A stretch of DNA of 64,000 bases, from assembly GCA_963822445.1 (NCBI GenBank), contig CAWGHO010000003.1, forward strand, positions 1,312,001-1,376,000. Direction: 5' to 3'. The notes under the pieces are model-generated. The model saw only the letters and a list, made by a program, of their open reading frames with translations. It was not told the origin of the DNA and made no database searches. The stretch is from an uncultured Acidobacteriota bacterium (GTDB lineage Bacteria > Acidobacteriota > Thermoanaerobaculia > Gp7-AA8). Shown piece by piece: positions 50,230 through 60,293 of the stretch (within the stretch, counting starts at the first letter, position 1; each line of letters opens with the position of its first letter). The translations under genes were made by a program, and so were the position numbers.

Positions 50230-50505
50230 GCCGACGGCTGCGAAGCCGCGCCGATGCCGTGCGGCCCGTGGCGGCGATTCAGAACGAGTACTCGCTGCTC
50301 GAGCGTAGGTCCGAAAGGCAGATCCCCCGATCTGCGAGGAGCTCGGGATCGGCTTCGTGCCGTGAGGTCCGGTCGCGCGCAGCTTTCTCTCCGGCAGATT
50401 CGGCGAAGGCATGCGCTTCGGTTCGGACGACAACCGCGCATCCGTTCCTCGCCTGGAGGGCGATGCCCTGAAGGCGAACATGGCGCTCTTCAACCTCGTG
50501 CGTGT
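50230..50505 (+). pseudogene. Aldo/keto reductase remnant
   Basis: Fragments AVRPVAAIQNEYSLLER, ICEELGIGFVP* and DNRASVPR..ALKANMAL in shifting frames. Confidence 0.65.
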
Positions 50506-50560
50506 CCCATTCCCGGCAGGGAACCCAGGTCGGCATCGAGGCACCGCCGAAAGGTGTGTC

Positions 50561-51074
50561 ATGAATCGCACCGTTCTGCTCGCGGCATTACTCGTGATTG
50601 CATTCACAGGAGCCTGTACAACCATGCACACCCCAGGACAAACCCGAAACAATGAAGACCTCGCAACGAGAATCGCCGCGCTGGAAGACCGGGCGGCCAT
50701 CAAGCAACTCGTCGACAGGTTCTCAGTGCTGGCAGACGTGAAAAAGACTCAGGAGCAGACCGCCCTCTTCACCGAAGACGCAGCGGTATCGACGACGATG
50801 AACGGTCAGGTCGTCTCCTCGCTGCGCGGAGTTCCTTGCCAATTTCGACACCGTCTACCACGCCAACGCCCAACTCGATCTCACCCTCAGCGGCGACACT
50901 GCCTCCGGAGTCTCCTACTGCCTGGTCACGCTCATCGGTCCCGAGAACGGCAAGCGAATGAAGACGTCGATGCTCGTGATCTACAACGACTCGTACGTGC
51001 GACAGGGCGGGACGTGGTTGATCGCGGATCGCAAATCGACGTTCGTGACCCGGGAACAAGAGGAGGTCAGGTGA
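50561..51074 (+). pseudogene. SnoaL-like/NTF2 lipoprotein with an internal deletion/frameshift near 50830
   Basis: LEDRAAIKQLVDRFS...LFTEDA, then a shift to FLANFDTVYHAN...YNDSYVRQGGTWLIADRKS. Confidence 0.75.
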
Positions 51075-51092
51075 CGGGTCTCGCCGACGCGG

Positions 51093-51383
51093 TCAAGTCG
51101 TCTCGATCGTCGCGAGTCGCCGTTCGAGGAAGAACGGGCCCCCCGGCACCACCGCGGCGAGGATTCCCGCGGCGGCGAGGCCGGCGCTGATGGGGACCTT
51201 CACGATCGCGATCAGCAACATGACCACCAGCGCGACGAACAGGGCGCCGTGAATCGACCCGACCACCGTAACGGCGAGCGGGAAACCGGCGAAATACTTG
51301 AGCGGCATCGCAACGAAGAACAGCAGAAGCGTCGAAATGCCTTCGACGATGGCGAGCTGTCTCAACGCACGCATGAAGGTCAC
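51093..51383 (-). CDS. DUF3817 family membrane protein
   Basis: AIVEGISTLLLFFVAMPLKY...GSIHGALF...AVVPGGPF. Confidence 0.85.
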   Translation of the reverse strand: MTFMRALRQLAIVEGISTLLLFFVAMPLKYFAGFPLAVTVVGSIHGALFVALVVMLLIAIVKVPISAGLAAAGILAAVVPGGPFFLERRLATIETT

Positions 51384-51412
51384 GTGGACGATCGTATCAG
51401 CCGGGGGAAACT

Positions 51413-51442
51413 CGCCGGGGGCAGCACAGGCTACCCCCGGCG
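51413..51442 (-). terminator. GC-rich hairpin after the two-gene secreted operon
   Basis: cgccgggggcagc-acag-gctacccccggcg inverted repeat 11 bp after the stop. Confidence 0.55.
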
Positions 51443-51453
51443 TCTTGTGTCGG

Positions 51454-52422
51454 CTACGGCACGAGGAAAGTCAGCGTGTCGGTATCGCGCGCCATACGAC
51501 CGGACGACGTTCTTCCCTGAATGGAGAGCTGCACTTTGGACGTACCCGGCGCCAGATCGAATTTCACCGACTCGATCGCACCCGGCGCGGGATGAAAACG
51601 GGACCGGACGTCCACGCCGTTGAACGTCGCCGTAAAGGTCGCGGCGTCGGTCGTGTCGCCGTACACCACCGTCACCCACGCCGATGTCGCGCCCGCCGGC
51701 AGCGAGGTCCGGGTGTCGGTCGGCGTGACGTAGCGGAGGAACGGGTTCACCTCGGCCGGGCTCTGGCCGCCGCCGTTGAACAGGTTCGACAGGTCGGGAT
51801 CGCTCGGCGCGATGGTCGTGGTCCGGATGTCGAACTTCCCCGCGTCTTTCGGCTCGAACACGATGTCTTCGGTGCTGTCCTGGTAGCCGTCGACGATCGT
51901 GTACCACCCGGAATCGTCCGGACGGATCTCGACCTTCCGCTCGGCGGGAGGGAACTTGCTCTCCAGGACGAAGCCACCGCGGCTTCCACCGGGCGGGATG
52001 GTCGACTCCTCGAACGCGAAGAACACATTGCCGAGAACCGTCAAACCGGCGCTGGTCGTGGCCGGATCGGCGAGCACGATTCCCACCGGGATCGTCGTAT
52101 TCGGCTGGATCTGCCGGCCCGGGAAGCGCACGTAATAGTTGTTCTGCAGGTCGGTATCCGTTTGCGCGCGCGCGACGCGGCCGGAGATGTCGATGAAGAA
52201 CGATTTCACCGGCGCGGCGGCCGTCGCGGGAACGCTCAGCGTGTATTCGTAGCGGTACACCCTCCGCGCCGGGTCGTAGGTGACGTTGGCCTGCAGGGTC
52301 GTTCCGGTGATGGTCAGTGGCGGCAGAGCGATGACGCGCGGGTTTTCTGCTGGAACCTGCGCGGTCGACGCGGCCGCGAGCAGAAGGGTCGCGACGGCGA
52401 GGGTCAGTAGTTTTGCATTCAT
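51454..52422 (-). CDS. Secreted beta-rich hypothetical protein, partner of the upstream endopeptidase
   Basis: ATG 52422 overlaps the upstream TGA (ATGA); AAGGAG RBS; signal peptide MNAKLLTLAVATLLLAAASTAQ. Confidence 0.8.
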   Translation of the reverse strand: MNAKLLTLAVATLLLAAASTAQVPAENPRVIALPPLTITGTTLQANVTYDPARRVYRYEYTLSVPATAAAPVKSFFIDISGRVARAQTDTDLQNNYYVRFPGRQIQPNTTIPVGIVLADPATTSAGLTVLGNVFFAFEESTIPPGGSRGGFVLESKFPPAERKVEIRPDDSGWYTIVDGYQDSTEDIVFEPKDAGKFDIRTTTIAPSDPDLSNLFNGGGQSPAEVNPFLRYVTPTDTRTSLPAGATSAWVTVVYGDTTDAATFTATFNGVDVRSRFHPAPGAIESVKFDLAPGTSKVQLSIQGRTSSGRMARDTDTLTFLVP

Positions 52423-54215
52423 TGTTCGGTCTCCTTCACCGTCGAGAAGGAACAGGTGTCGCACCGAAGGTCCCTGATGATCTCATCGATCAGGGCGTCG
52501 TTCAGGCGGTAGTGAACCGGGGTCTCGGGGACTCGTCGTCCCTGAAGCTCGTTTTCGACGATGGCCGTCATCTTCGCCACTCTCAGGGGGCCTTTGTAAT
52601 TGCCGGCCGCGTCAAAGACCGACCGGTCCACGTCGACGTCCACACCCAGACGGTGCGAGGCGTGGCTGCCGCCCCAGTTCCCGCGGATGTCGAACTTGCC
52701 GCCCAGCGGCGTGCTCATGTCATTGATGCCGAGGCGGCCTTTGTTCGCTGCGGGGATCGTCGCGTCCTCGTTGTACAGAGACGCTGCCAGCTCGATGAAC
52801 GAGTGGAGCTCCGGCCGGCCGTAGTGGCTGACGTCCTTATGGTTGTCGCAGTGATAGATCGTCGACTCGGTGCCGGTCACGGGATCGGTGACCGTCTCAC
52901 CCCCGCAAACGCTGGTCCGATGGCCCGTGAGCTTCACGTAACTCTGCAACACGAGCGGATGAGGGACGTAGTCCCGCAGGATCACGCCGGTGTAAAGGCT
53001 GGCCGGACGTGACGTCACCGGGATCGGCGTCGCCGTCAGGCCGATGTTGTCGGTCGAGGCGCTGTACGTCGTGGCCCCGCCGAACGTGCCCGCTGTAACG
53101 GTGAAGCGCCGCTCTCCGTTGCTGTCGGTCTGGCCGCTCACCGAGGCTGGTGCGTTCGTGAAGGCGCCGGCAGGCGGGGTGACGTTGCCGCTGATCAGGT
53201 GAACGTGCCCGCCACTGCCCGGAGTCGGTTCGGAGGTGAGGGTGAAGGGAACGTTCGGAATCGGCCCGTTGCACTCACTCGACCGGACGACTACTTCCGT
53301 CCGTCCTGCGGGAAGACTCGGGATCTCCGATCCACCGGTCGACGGGACGGCGGGGTTGATGATGCTGTTCGTGAAGCTGACGCTCAGCGCGTCTTCGCGA
53401 GGCCCGAGCGTGAACTGGATTTCCGACACCAACTCGCCCGGTTTGTTCAACCGCAGCGGATTGAGCGTCTGGGGCACTTCGGCAGGCTCCCATTCCTGCG
53501 CGCCGGCCGGCACTTCCTCGGTCGTGCGATATTTCGAGTACCTGTAGAAGACCCTCGAAAAATACTGCGTGCTCAATTTGATGTTGCAGGACGGGTACAC
53601 CTGGACCCACAGTCCCGGCAGCTCGTCGAAATCGAAGCCGTACATATCGCAGTACGCGGCATAGAACGTAAAGCAGGAACGATTGCGCTCGGTCCGGCGG
53701 ATCCACTCGAGGTAATAGTCGCCGTCGCCATAGACATTCGGATCGTCGACTTCCAGCTCATTGTTCGTCACGGGATCGATGTACGAGTGGCGCACGATCC
53801 ACTGCTCGCGCTCTTTGGGCACGAGGTTCCCGTCGGGGCCAGTGAAGTAGCCGCCGCCGTGGGTATTGCTCAGGTATGTGGCGAACGCGTAGTCGCTCCG
53901 GGGCACTACGCCGGTGCCGTCTTCCGGCACAGTGATCGGCCGCCCGTTGTAATAGTCGTTGGGGCGGGGGAAATCAGCTTCGGTCTTGTACCGGTACAAG
54001 AAGACGCGGGACTCGGTCTGCGCGTAATTGGGCGCGACCGCGAACCGGCCGTCGCGGCCGGAACTGCCGCTCGCGGACGGCGGCGGGAGAAGAAACGTGA
54101 CGTTCGGGGCGGACGGCAACTGAAATCCCCCTTCCCGCGGGGGTATGTGGGTTTCCTGTCCCGCGGCGGCAAACGCCACGGCATAGGCCATCAGGGTGAA
54201 CAGGACTCTCTTCAC
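52419..54215 (-). CDS. Secreted protein with an Ig-like domain and a C-terminal MepA/M74-like (LAS) murein endopeptidase domain
   Basis: Signal peptide; HYGRPEL...LGINDMSTPLGGKF...SHASHRLGVDVD...PVHYRL. Confidence 0.75.
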   Translation of the reverse strand: MKRVLFTLMAYAVAFAAAGQETHIPPREGGFQLPSAPNVTFLLPPPSASGSSGRDGRFAVAPNYAQTESRVFLYRYKTEADFPRPNDYYNGRPITVPEDGTGVVPRSDYAFATYLSNTHGGGYFTGPDGNLVPKEREQWIVRHSYIDPVTNNELEVDDPNVYGDGDYYLEWIRRTERNRSCFTFYAAYCDMYGFDFDELPGLWVQVYPSCNIKLSTQYFSRVFYRYSKYRTTEEVPAGAQEWEPAEVPQTLNPLRLNKPGELVSEIQFTLGPREDALSVSFTNSIINPAVPSTGGSEIPSLPAGRTEVVVRSSECNGPIPNVPFTLTSEPTPGSGGHVHLISGNVTPPAGAFTNAPASVSGQTDSNGERRFTVTAGTFGGATTYSASTDNIGLTATPIPVTSRPASLYTGVILRDYVPHPLVLQSYVKLTGHRTSVCGGETVTDPVTGTESTIYHCDNHKDVSHYGRPELHSFIELAASLYNEDATIPAANKGRLGINDMSTPLGGKFDIRGNWGGSHASHRLGVDVDVDRSVFDAAGNYKGPLRVAKMTAIVENELQGRRVPETPVHYRLNDALIDEIIRDLRCDTCSFSTVKETEQ

Positions 54216-54266
54216 GCGAGATCCTCCGAAAAGATTAATGAAATGGATTGGGAAAAGCGGGAGGAC

Positions 54267-54328
54267 AGTCTAGAAGGACAGACACACAGGCGTCAATGAT
54301 TCTTTGAGTGAAATTCGTGTAATTTCAC
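54267..54328 (-). promoter_or_regulatory. Sigma70 promoter plus upstream palindromic operator
   Basis: TTGACG-N18-TAGACT (54296-54267); GTGAAATT-CGTGT-AATTTCAC at 54308-54328; AT-rich island. Confidence 0.65.
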
Positions 54329-54364
54329 GGTCTGGCCGGTCGGTTTGGAAGTTGCCGTAAAGCA

Positions 54365-56383
54365 CTACGAACTGACGACCGCTTCCGCGCCCGCACCCTC
54401 AACCCGCGGCGATGACCTCGGTGGCACCGGCAGCGTCACCCGCACTGTCGTCCCCAGTTCCGAAGACTGAATGTTCATCTGTCCCCGAAGCTCGTGGACC
54501 CGTTCGTTGATGCCGGCGATGCCCACGCCGGACGCCAGGAGGGCGCCGTGGTCGGAGCGGAGGGCGGGCGGGAGGCCGCGGCCGCTGTCGGCGACCTCGA
54601 TCGACAGGCGCTCGCCGTCGCGCTGGAGCGACACGCGGGCGGTGTTGCTGCCGGAATGGCGCTGGACGTTGGTGAGACTCTCCTGCACGATCCGAAAAAC
54701 GGAAGTCTCGACGTCGCGCGGGAGCCGGCCGAGATGATCGTCAGCGTCCAGCGTCGTGGTGATGCCGCTGCGATGCTGGAATCCGTCGGCATACCAGCGC
54801 AGCGCCGTCGCCAGTCCCGCCTGATCGATCATCGGCGGGTGCAGCAGATACGACATCGTCCGCACTTCCGACAACGCATCATCCGCGACGGCGATGCTGT
54901 CGTCGACCATCTCCCCGGCGCCGGGGAGGTCTTTGATCATGCCCAGATTCATGCGCAGGCCGGCCAGACTCTGGGCCACGGTCTCATGCAGGTCGCGGGC
55001 GATGCGCCGGCGGGTCTCGTCCTGAACGCGCAACAGGCGGGCGGACAGGTGTCGCACGGCCTCTTCCGATTTCTTGCGCTCGGTCACGTCCGTCAAGAGC
55101 TGGGCGAACTGGCCATGGCGTGGTGAGAAGCATCGCATCTCGAACCACCGCTCGGACGCGGGGTCGTACTGCTCGTAATGAATCGACGTCCCGGTGATCG
55201 CGACGTCGTAGTTCTTCGCCCGCACATCCTCAGGCCATTGCAGATAACCTGCGTCCCCGGATCGCTTCCCGATCTCGTTGCTCGCGCTGACGCCGAAGAG
55301 CCGCTCCGCCGCCGGATTCATGTCGACGACCTGATGGTCCACGGGCATTTCCCGTTCATCGAAAACCAACCGCATCACCATGATGCCCGTCGTCGTGTTC
55401 ACGTACAACCGCGCCAGCTGGTCCTCGGCGGCGCGTAACTTATGCATGCGCCGCGATCGCAGAACCGCGAACGCCGTCGCCGCCAGCATGACCGACAAGG
55501 CCGCGAACAGTTGCCCGAGCCGCACCGTTTCGTCGACCGAGGTCGCCAGCACTTCCTGCTCGTCGATCTTCGCGAAGACGATCCACGGCGTCCGGGGAAT
55601 CGCCTTCACCACGCCGATCACCGGCCTGTTGTGGCGGTCGGGCATCCGGACGCTTTTCTCTCCGGTCGTGAGCGCCCAGGCAGCGTACTCCCGGGGGATC
55701 TTGCGGCGGATGATCATGGGAGGAAGCGGATCGCCCTTGTACGGATTCAAGGCCACTCCCATGTCGCCGTACAACCCGATGAGATTCGTCTCGCCGCTCT
55801 TCGATGCGACCGCGAAGGTGCTGAACAACGGATAGACGTACTCGTAGGGATCGGAGACGAAGACCAGGCTGCCGTTCTCGAAGCGCGAGGCGGTGAGGAT
55901 TCTCGGTTTCTCCCTGGCAATGCTCACGAAATCGATCCAGGCGCCCGATCGGCTTCCTCCGCGCCTGACGAACTCGGAGATCGTCGCGATATCGGCCTCC
56001 GCGCCGCCCCGCCGGATCACGACCTTGCCTGCGCCATCGAGGATGAACGCGGATTCGTATCCGTATCCGCGCATGAAGTGATCGAGCAGTGTCGGCGCGG
56101 ACCCGTCGCGAATCGCGGGGCCGAGGAGTTTCGTCGCCAGTTCCGCGTCGGACAGCCGTTCCTCGACCCACCCGGCGAGCGCGTTCTGGCGGTCTTTGGC
56201 CAGCAGCGACAGTTGCGCCGGCGCCCTGGCAAAAGCCTCCTCCCGGCGCGCGGGGAAATAGATATAGATCAGATACCAGGCCGCGACCGCATCGACGGCG
56301 AGGAGGATCAGAACGACCAGGATCAGATCCCGTCGTGCCGGCGGCACGCCGCCTGTGCGCCGGAGGGACGAACGCGGCTCCAT
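54365..56383 (-). CDS. Membrane sensor histidine kinase (periplasmic domain, PAS, HisKA_3)
   Basis: Two TMs; RRRIARDLHETVAQ; FRIVQESLTNVQRHS; DSGRG; GVGIAGINERV. Confidence 0.92.
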   Translation of the reverse strand: MEPRSSLRRTGGVPPARRDLILVVLILLAVDAVAAWYLIYIYFPARREEAFARAPAQLSLLAKDRQNALAGWVEERLSDAELATKLLGPAIRDGSAPTLLDHFMRGYGYESAFILDGAGKVVIRRGGAEADIATISEFVRRGGSRSGAWIDFVSIAREKPRILTASRFENGSLVFVSDPYEYVYPLFSTFAVASKSGETNLIGLYGDMGVALNPYKGDPLPPMIIRRKIPREYAAWALTTGEKSVRMPDRHNRPVIGVVKAIPRTPWIVFAKIDEQEVLATSVDETVRLGQLFAALSVMLAATAFAVLRSRRMHKLRAAEDQLARLYVNTTTGIMVMRLVFDEREMPVDHQVVDMNPAAERLFGVSASNEIGKRSGDAGYLQWPEDVRAKNYDVAITGTSIHYEQYDPASERWFEMRCFSPRHGQFAQLLTDVTERKKSEEAVRHLSARLLRVQDETRRRIARDLHETVAQSLAGLRMNLGMIKDLPGAGEMVDDSIAVADDALSEVRTMSYLLHPPMIDQAGLATALRWYADGFQHRSGITTTLDADDHLGRLPRDVETSVFRIVQESLTNVQRHSGSNTARVSLQRDGERLSIEVADSGRGLPPALRSDHGALLASGVGIAGINERVHELRGQMNIQSSELGTTVRVTLPVPPRSSPRVEGAGAEAVVSS

Positions 56384-56462
56384 GCCCCCACGATAGCGCT
56401 GCCGGGCCAGTTTTTGCGGAAACGTCATCGTCGCGTGATCAGGAAGGCGCATGCTGTACGGC

Positions 56463-57095
56463 ATGACGCGGATCGTGATCGCTGATGATCACGCGGTGGT
56501 TCGCAAAGGGTTGCGGTTGATTCTCGCCGATGCGGTGGGGATCGAGGTGGCCGGCGAAGCCGCGTCCGCGGACGAGCTCCTGGCGTTTCTCCGGTTGCAG
56601 CGAGCGGATGCCGTCATTCTCGACGTCGCCCTGGGGGAGCGCGACGGCATCGAAGTCCTCAAGCACGTCCGATCCGAATTTCCGAATGTCCCCGTGCTCA
56701 TGATCAGCATGCACGCCGAAGAGATCTTCGCCGTGCGCGCTTTCCGGGCCGGCGCGGCGGGATACATCGAAAAATCCGCGGCTACGGACGTCCTCCGCGA
56801 CGCCATCCGTACCATCGCCACGGGAGGGACGTACTTCAGCGCCGCGGTCGCGCAGCAGCTGAGGACCGACCTCGGGCGCGGGTGGGCCGATTCGCTTCCT
56901 CACGAACGCCTCACCGACCGCGAATTCGAGATCTTTCGTCTCCTCGGCGCAGGCAACTCTGTCAGCGAGATCGCCCGGGCCATCAATCTCAGCGTCAAGA
57001 CCGTCAGCACCCACCGCACCCGCATCCTCGCGAAAACAGGCCTCGAAACGAACGCGGACATCGTCGCGTACGTGACCGATTACGGCCTTCGCTGA
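56463..57095 (+). CDS. NarL/LuxR family response regulator
   Basis: IVIADDHAVVRKG; LTDREFEIFRLL...LSVKTVSTHRTRILAK. Confidence 0.93.
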   Translation: MTRIVIADDHAVVRKGLRLILADAVGIEVAGEAASADELLAFLRLQRADAVILDVALGERDGIEVLKHVRSEFPNVPVLMISMHAEEIFAVRAFRAGAAGYIEKSAATDVLRDAIRTIATGGTYFSAAVAQQLRTDLGRGWADSLPHERLTDREFEIFRLLGAGNSVSEIARAINLSVKTVSTHRTRILAKTGLETNADIVAYVTDYGLR

Positions 57096-57215
57096 CGCCT
57101 ACGTCCGGTTCGGACAACGTCCTACGCCCTCATCGGATGGAGTTCCGTGTCTCGCCCCCCACTCTGGACGCCATCCTGATTATTAAGACAGCAACGTAAA
57201 CGACCCGGAGGAACC

Positions 57216-60200
57216 ATGTCAGTCACGTTGCTGCTCGTCGAAGATGACCCCAACCAGAGCGAGGCGATGCGCTCGCTGTTCGAGGAGTCCTCAGCCGACA
57301 CCACGGTCATCATCGCGCCCACGTTGAAGGAAGCGCTTTCCCACGAACGAGCCGATGTCGATGCGGTTCTGCTCGACCTCGGCCTGCCCGACAGCAGCGG
57401 CCTGGCGACGCTGACCGCTATCCTGGAGCGTTTTGCGCCGGTGCCGGCGATCGTACTCACGGCGGCCGCGGATGCGAGCCTTGCCGAGGAGGCGCTTGCG
57501 CTCGGAGCGGACGACTACCTGTCGAAGGCACTCATCCCCCCGGCGGCGATCCATCGCGTGGTCCGCTACGCGATCCGCCATTCCGCCGAGCGGCTCGCCG
57601 CCGCGGAGCGCGACGCGCAGAACAGGGCCCTCGCGCAACTCGGCCATCTCGCGCTCACCAACGTGTCAGCCGAAACGGTTCTGGGCACGTTGTGCGAGCT
57701 CGTCGCCGCCGTGCTCGGCGTGCCCAACGCGATGTTCATGGAGCGCACGAATGACGGGTTTCTGGTGGCGAAGGCCACCGTCGGCTGCACAGCCGGGCAA
57801 TGGCCACCGGTGAGCGTCGACGAAGCGAGTCTGCTGGGAGAGGCGATCCGGACGAACCACGCCGTTCGCGTGTATGACGTCCGCGGCAGCGCGGACTCCG
57901 CGACCGTGGAAGTCTTTCGCGAGCTCGAAGCGGTCAGCGTCGTCGCCGTGCCGGTGCGCACCAGTTTCACCGCCGCGGAAGGGCTGCTCGTTGCCTGGCG
58001 GGCCGAGAGGCGTACGTTCACCGACAGCCAGACCTCGTTTCTTTCCGCGGTAGCGAACATTCTCGCGGCGGCGATCCAGCGCGAAGCCACGCAGAAGGCA
58101 TTGCGCGAGAGCCGCACGGAGCTCGAGCAGATTCTCGACGCCGTGCCGGAACGGATCCTCCGTTTCGGCGAGGACCTGCGCGTGCAGTATCTGAATCGGG
58201 CCGGCGTCCGTGGGCTGCCCGTGGCCAGAATGGGCATGCACGTCGACGAGCTCACTGTGCCGACCACGCATCGGGTGCGGTGGCGGTCCATGATCGAGCG
58301 TGCACTGGCCTCGGCCGGAACGGAACGGTTCGACATGGACGGCCTCGAGGCGCCGTCCCGCTTCGACGTGTCGGTCGTGCCGCTCGTTCACGCCGAACGG
58401 CGGTCGGTCGTCGTCGTCCTGCGCGACGTCACCGACCGCGTACAGGCTCAGGCCCGCTACGAGACGCTGTTCGCTTCGAACGTCGTCGGAGTGTTCTTCT
58501 GCGGCTCCGACGGGGTGATCACCGAAGCGAACCGCGCATTCCTCGAAGTCGTCGGGCGGCAGGCCGCGGACGTCGCCGCACGGCGTCTCACGCTTCGAAA
58601 CCTGATGGCACCGACGGCACAGGCCATTCACGCGGCGCGGCAGCGCGAGATCCGCCAGCGGGGAGTTCTCCCGCCGCTTCCGGGAGAGCTGATGCACAGC
58701 AGCGGCGCGGCCGTGCCGGTGCTTCTCGCCTCCGCCATCGTCGAATTGACGCCCGAGGAGATGGTCACGTTCGTTGTCGACGAGACGGCGACGCGCCGGG
58801 CCGAAGTGGAACTGCGGAACCAGACCCTCCTTCTCGACAGCGCGCGCGATGCGATCATCCTGCGCGACAGCGAGGGGCATGTCTGTTTCTGGAATGAGGG
58901 TGCGCATCGTCTCTACGGTTGGAGTCGCGATGAGGCCGTCGGCCGGCGGTTATCCGATCTCATCAACGCGACGATCGATCACACCGCCGCGGTGATCGAC
59001 GAGTCGGTGATGTCCTGCGGCGAATGGCAGGGCGAGCTCAATCAAAACACGCGCGCCGGCGCGCAGATCGTCGTCGACAGCCGCTGCTCGCTCATTCCCT
59101 CGCCGTTCGGTGAGGCGCCGATGATGCTGATCATCAACACCGACATCACCGAAAGAAAATCGCTCGAGCAGCAACTCCTTCATGCCCAGCGGCTGGAGAG
59201 CCTCGGCACACTCGCCGGCGGCATCGCCCACGATCTGAACAACATCCTGATGCCGATCCTGATGGGGGCGGAGCATCTCCGCCGTTCCGGCCTGCCGCCC
59301 GCGGCCGAGGAGACAGTCGATCGGATCGCGAGCAGCTCGCGGCGTGGCGCGGAGATCATCCGGCAGCTGCTCACCTTCGCAAGAGGGCACCGGGTGGACA
59401 GCCAGATGACGAATCCCGCCCGGCTGGTGACCGAGGTCCAGCGCATGCTGCGGGAGACGATCCCGCCGTCGATCGAGATCGAGACGGACGTCGAGCCGGA
59501 GATCTGGTCGATCGCCTGCGATCCCACGCAGTTCCTCCAGGTTCTGCTCAACCTCGGGCTCAACGCGCGCGACGCCATGCCTCACGGCGGCACTCTGTCG
59601 ATCCATGCGGAGAACGTGGAGATCGACGCGCAGTACGCGAACATGAATGTGGGCGCGACGCCCGGAGCCTACGTGCTCCTGTCGGTCTCGGACACCGGAA
59701 CGGGGATCGAGCCGGAGAACCTGGACAAGATCTTCGATCCCTTCTTCAGCACGAAACCGGCCGGAGCCGGCACCGGTCTCGGCCTGGCCACCGCACGCTC
59801 GATCGTCAAGAACCACGGTGGATTCATCAATGTCTACAGCGAACCGGGAGCGACGGAGTTCAGGATCTACATGCCCGCGCTGTATGAGACGGTGGATGAG
59901 GCCGAGGACGCGCCGCCGCCGATCATTTCCGGGAAGGGGGAGCTCATTCTGGTGATCGACGACGAGATGGCCATTCGTGACGTGACCGCGGCGACGCTCA
60001 AGAGCTTCGGCTACCGCGTTCTGACGGCCTCGGACGGCAGCGAAGGGATCGCCCTGTACGCGCGGAACTCCGACGTCGCCGTCGTCGTGACGGACATGCT
60101 CATGCCGGTGCTCGACGGCCCGACGACGATTCGCGCGCTGCGGAAACTCAATCCGAACGTGCGGGTGATCGGCATGAGCGGTTATACGAGGCAGCGGATG

Positions 60201-60290
60201 TCGGGCGCGGCGCCGGACGTTCTTCTGCAGAAGCCTTTCCGCGCCGCCGATCTGCTCAGCGCGATCCACGCGATCCTGACCGCGCGGTAG
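57216..60290 (+). CDS. Hybrid histidine kinase (REC-GAF-PASx3-HisKA-HATPase-REC)
   Basis: LAGGIAHDLNN; NARDAMPHGG; FDPFFSTK; GTGLGL; terminal REC. Confidence 0.93.
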   Translation: MSVTLLLVEDDPNQSEAMRSLFEESSADTTVIIAPTLKEALSHERADVDAVLLDLGLPDSSGLATLTAILERFAPVPAIVLTAAADASLAEEALALGADDYLSKALIPPAAIHRVVRYAIRHSAERLAAAERDAQNRALAQLGHLALTNVSAETVLGTLCELVAAVLGVPNAMFMERTNDGFLVAKATVGCTAGQWPPVSVDEASLLGEAIRTNHAVRVYDVRGSADSATVEVFRELEAVSVVAVPVRTSFTAAEGLLVAWRAERRTFTDSQTSFLSAVANILAAAIQREATQKALRESRTELEQILDAVPERILRFGEDLRVQYLNRAGVRGLPVARMGMHVDELTVPTTHRVRWRSMIERALASAGTERFDMDGLEAPSRFDVSVVPLVHAERRSVVVVLRDVTDRVQAQARYETLFASNVVGVFFCGSDGVITEANRAFLEVVGRQAADVAARRLTLRNLMAPTAQAIHAARQREIRQRGVLPPLPGELMHSSGAAVPVLLASAIVELTPEEMVTFVVDETATRRAEVELRNQTLLLDSARDAIILRDSEGHVCFWNEGAHRLYGWSRDEAVGRRLSDLINATIDHTAAVIDESVMSCGEWQGELNQNTRAGAQIVVDSRCSLIPSPFGEAPMMLIINTDITERKSLEQQLLHAQRLESLGTLAGGIAHDLNNILMPILMGAEHLRRSGLPPAAEETVDRIASSSRRGAEIIRQLLTFARGHRVDSQMTNPARLVTEVQRMLRETIPPSIEIETDVEPEIWSIACDPTQFLQVLLNLGLNARDAMPHGGTLSIHAENVEIDAQYANMNVGATPGAYVLLSVSDTGTGIEPENLDKIFDPFFSTKPAGAGTGLGLATARSIVKNHGGFINVYSEPGATEFRIYMPALYETVDEAEDAPPPIISGKGELILVIDDEMAIRDVTAATLKSFGYRVLTASDGSEGIALYARNSDVAVVVTDMLMPVLDGPTTIRALRKLNPNVRVIGMSGYTRQRMSGAAPDVLLQKPFRAADLLSAIHAILTAR

Positions 60291-60293
60291 CGC

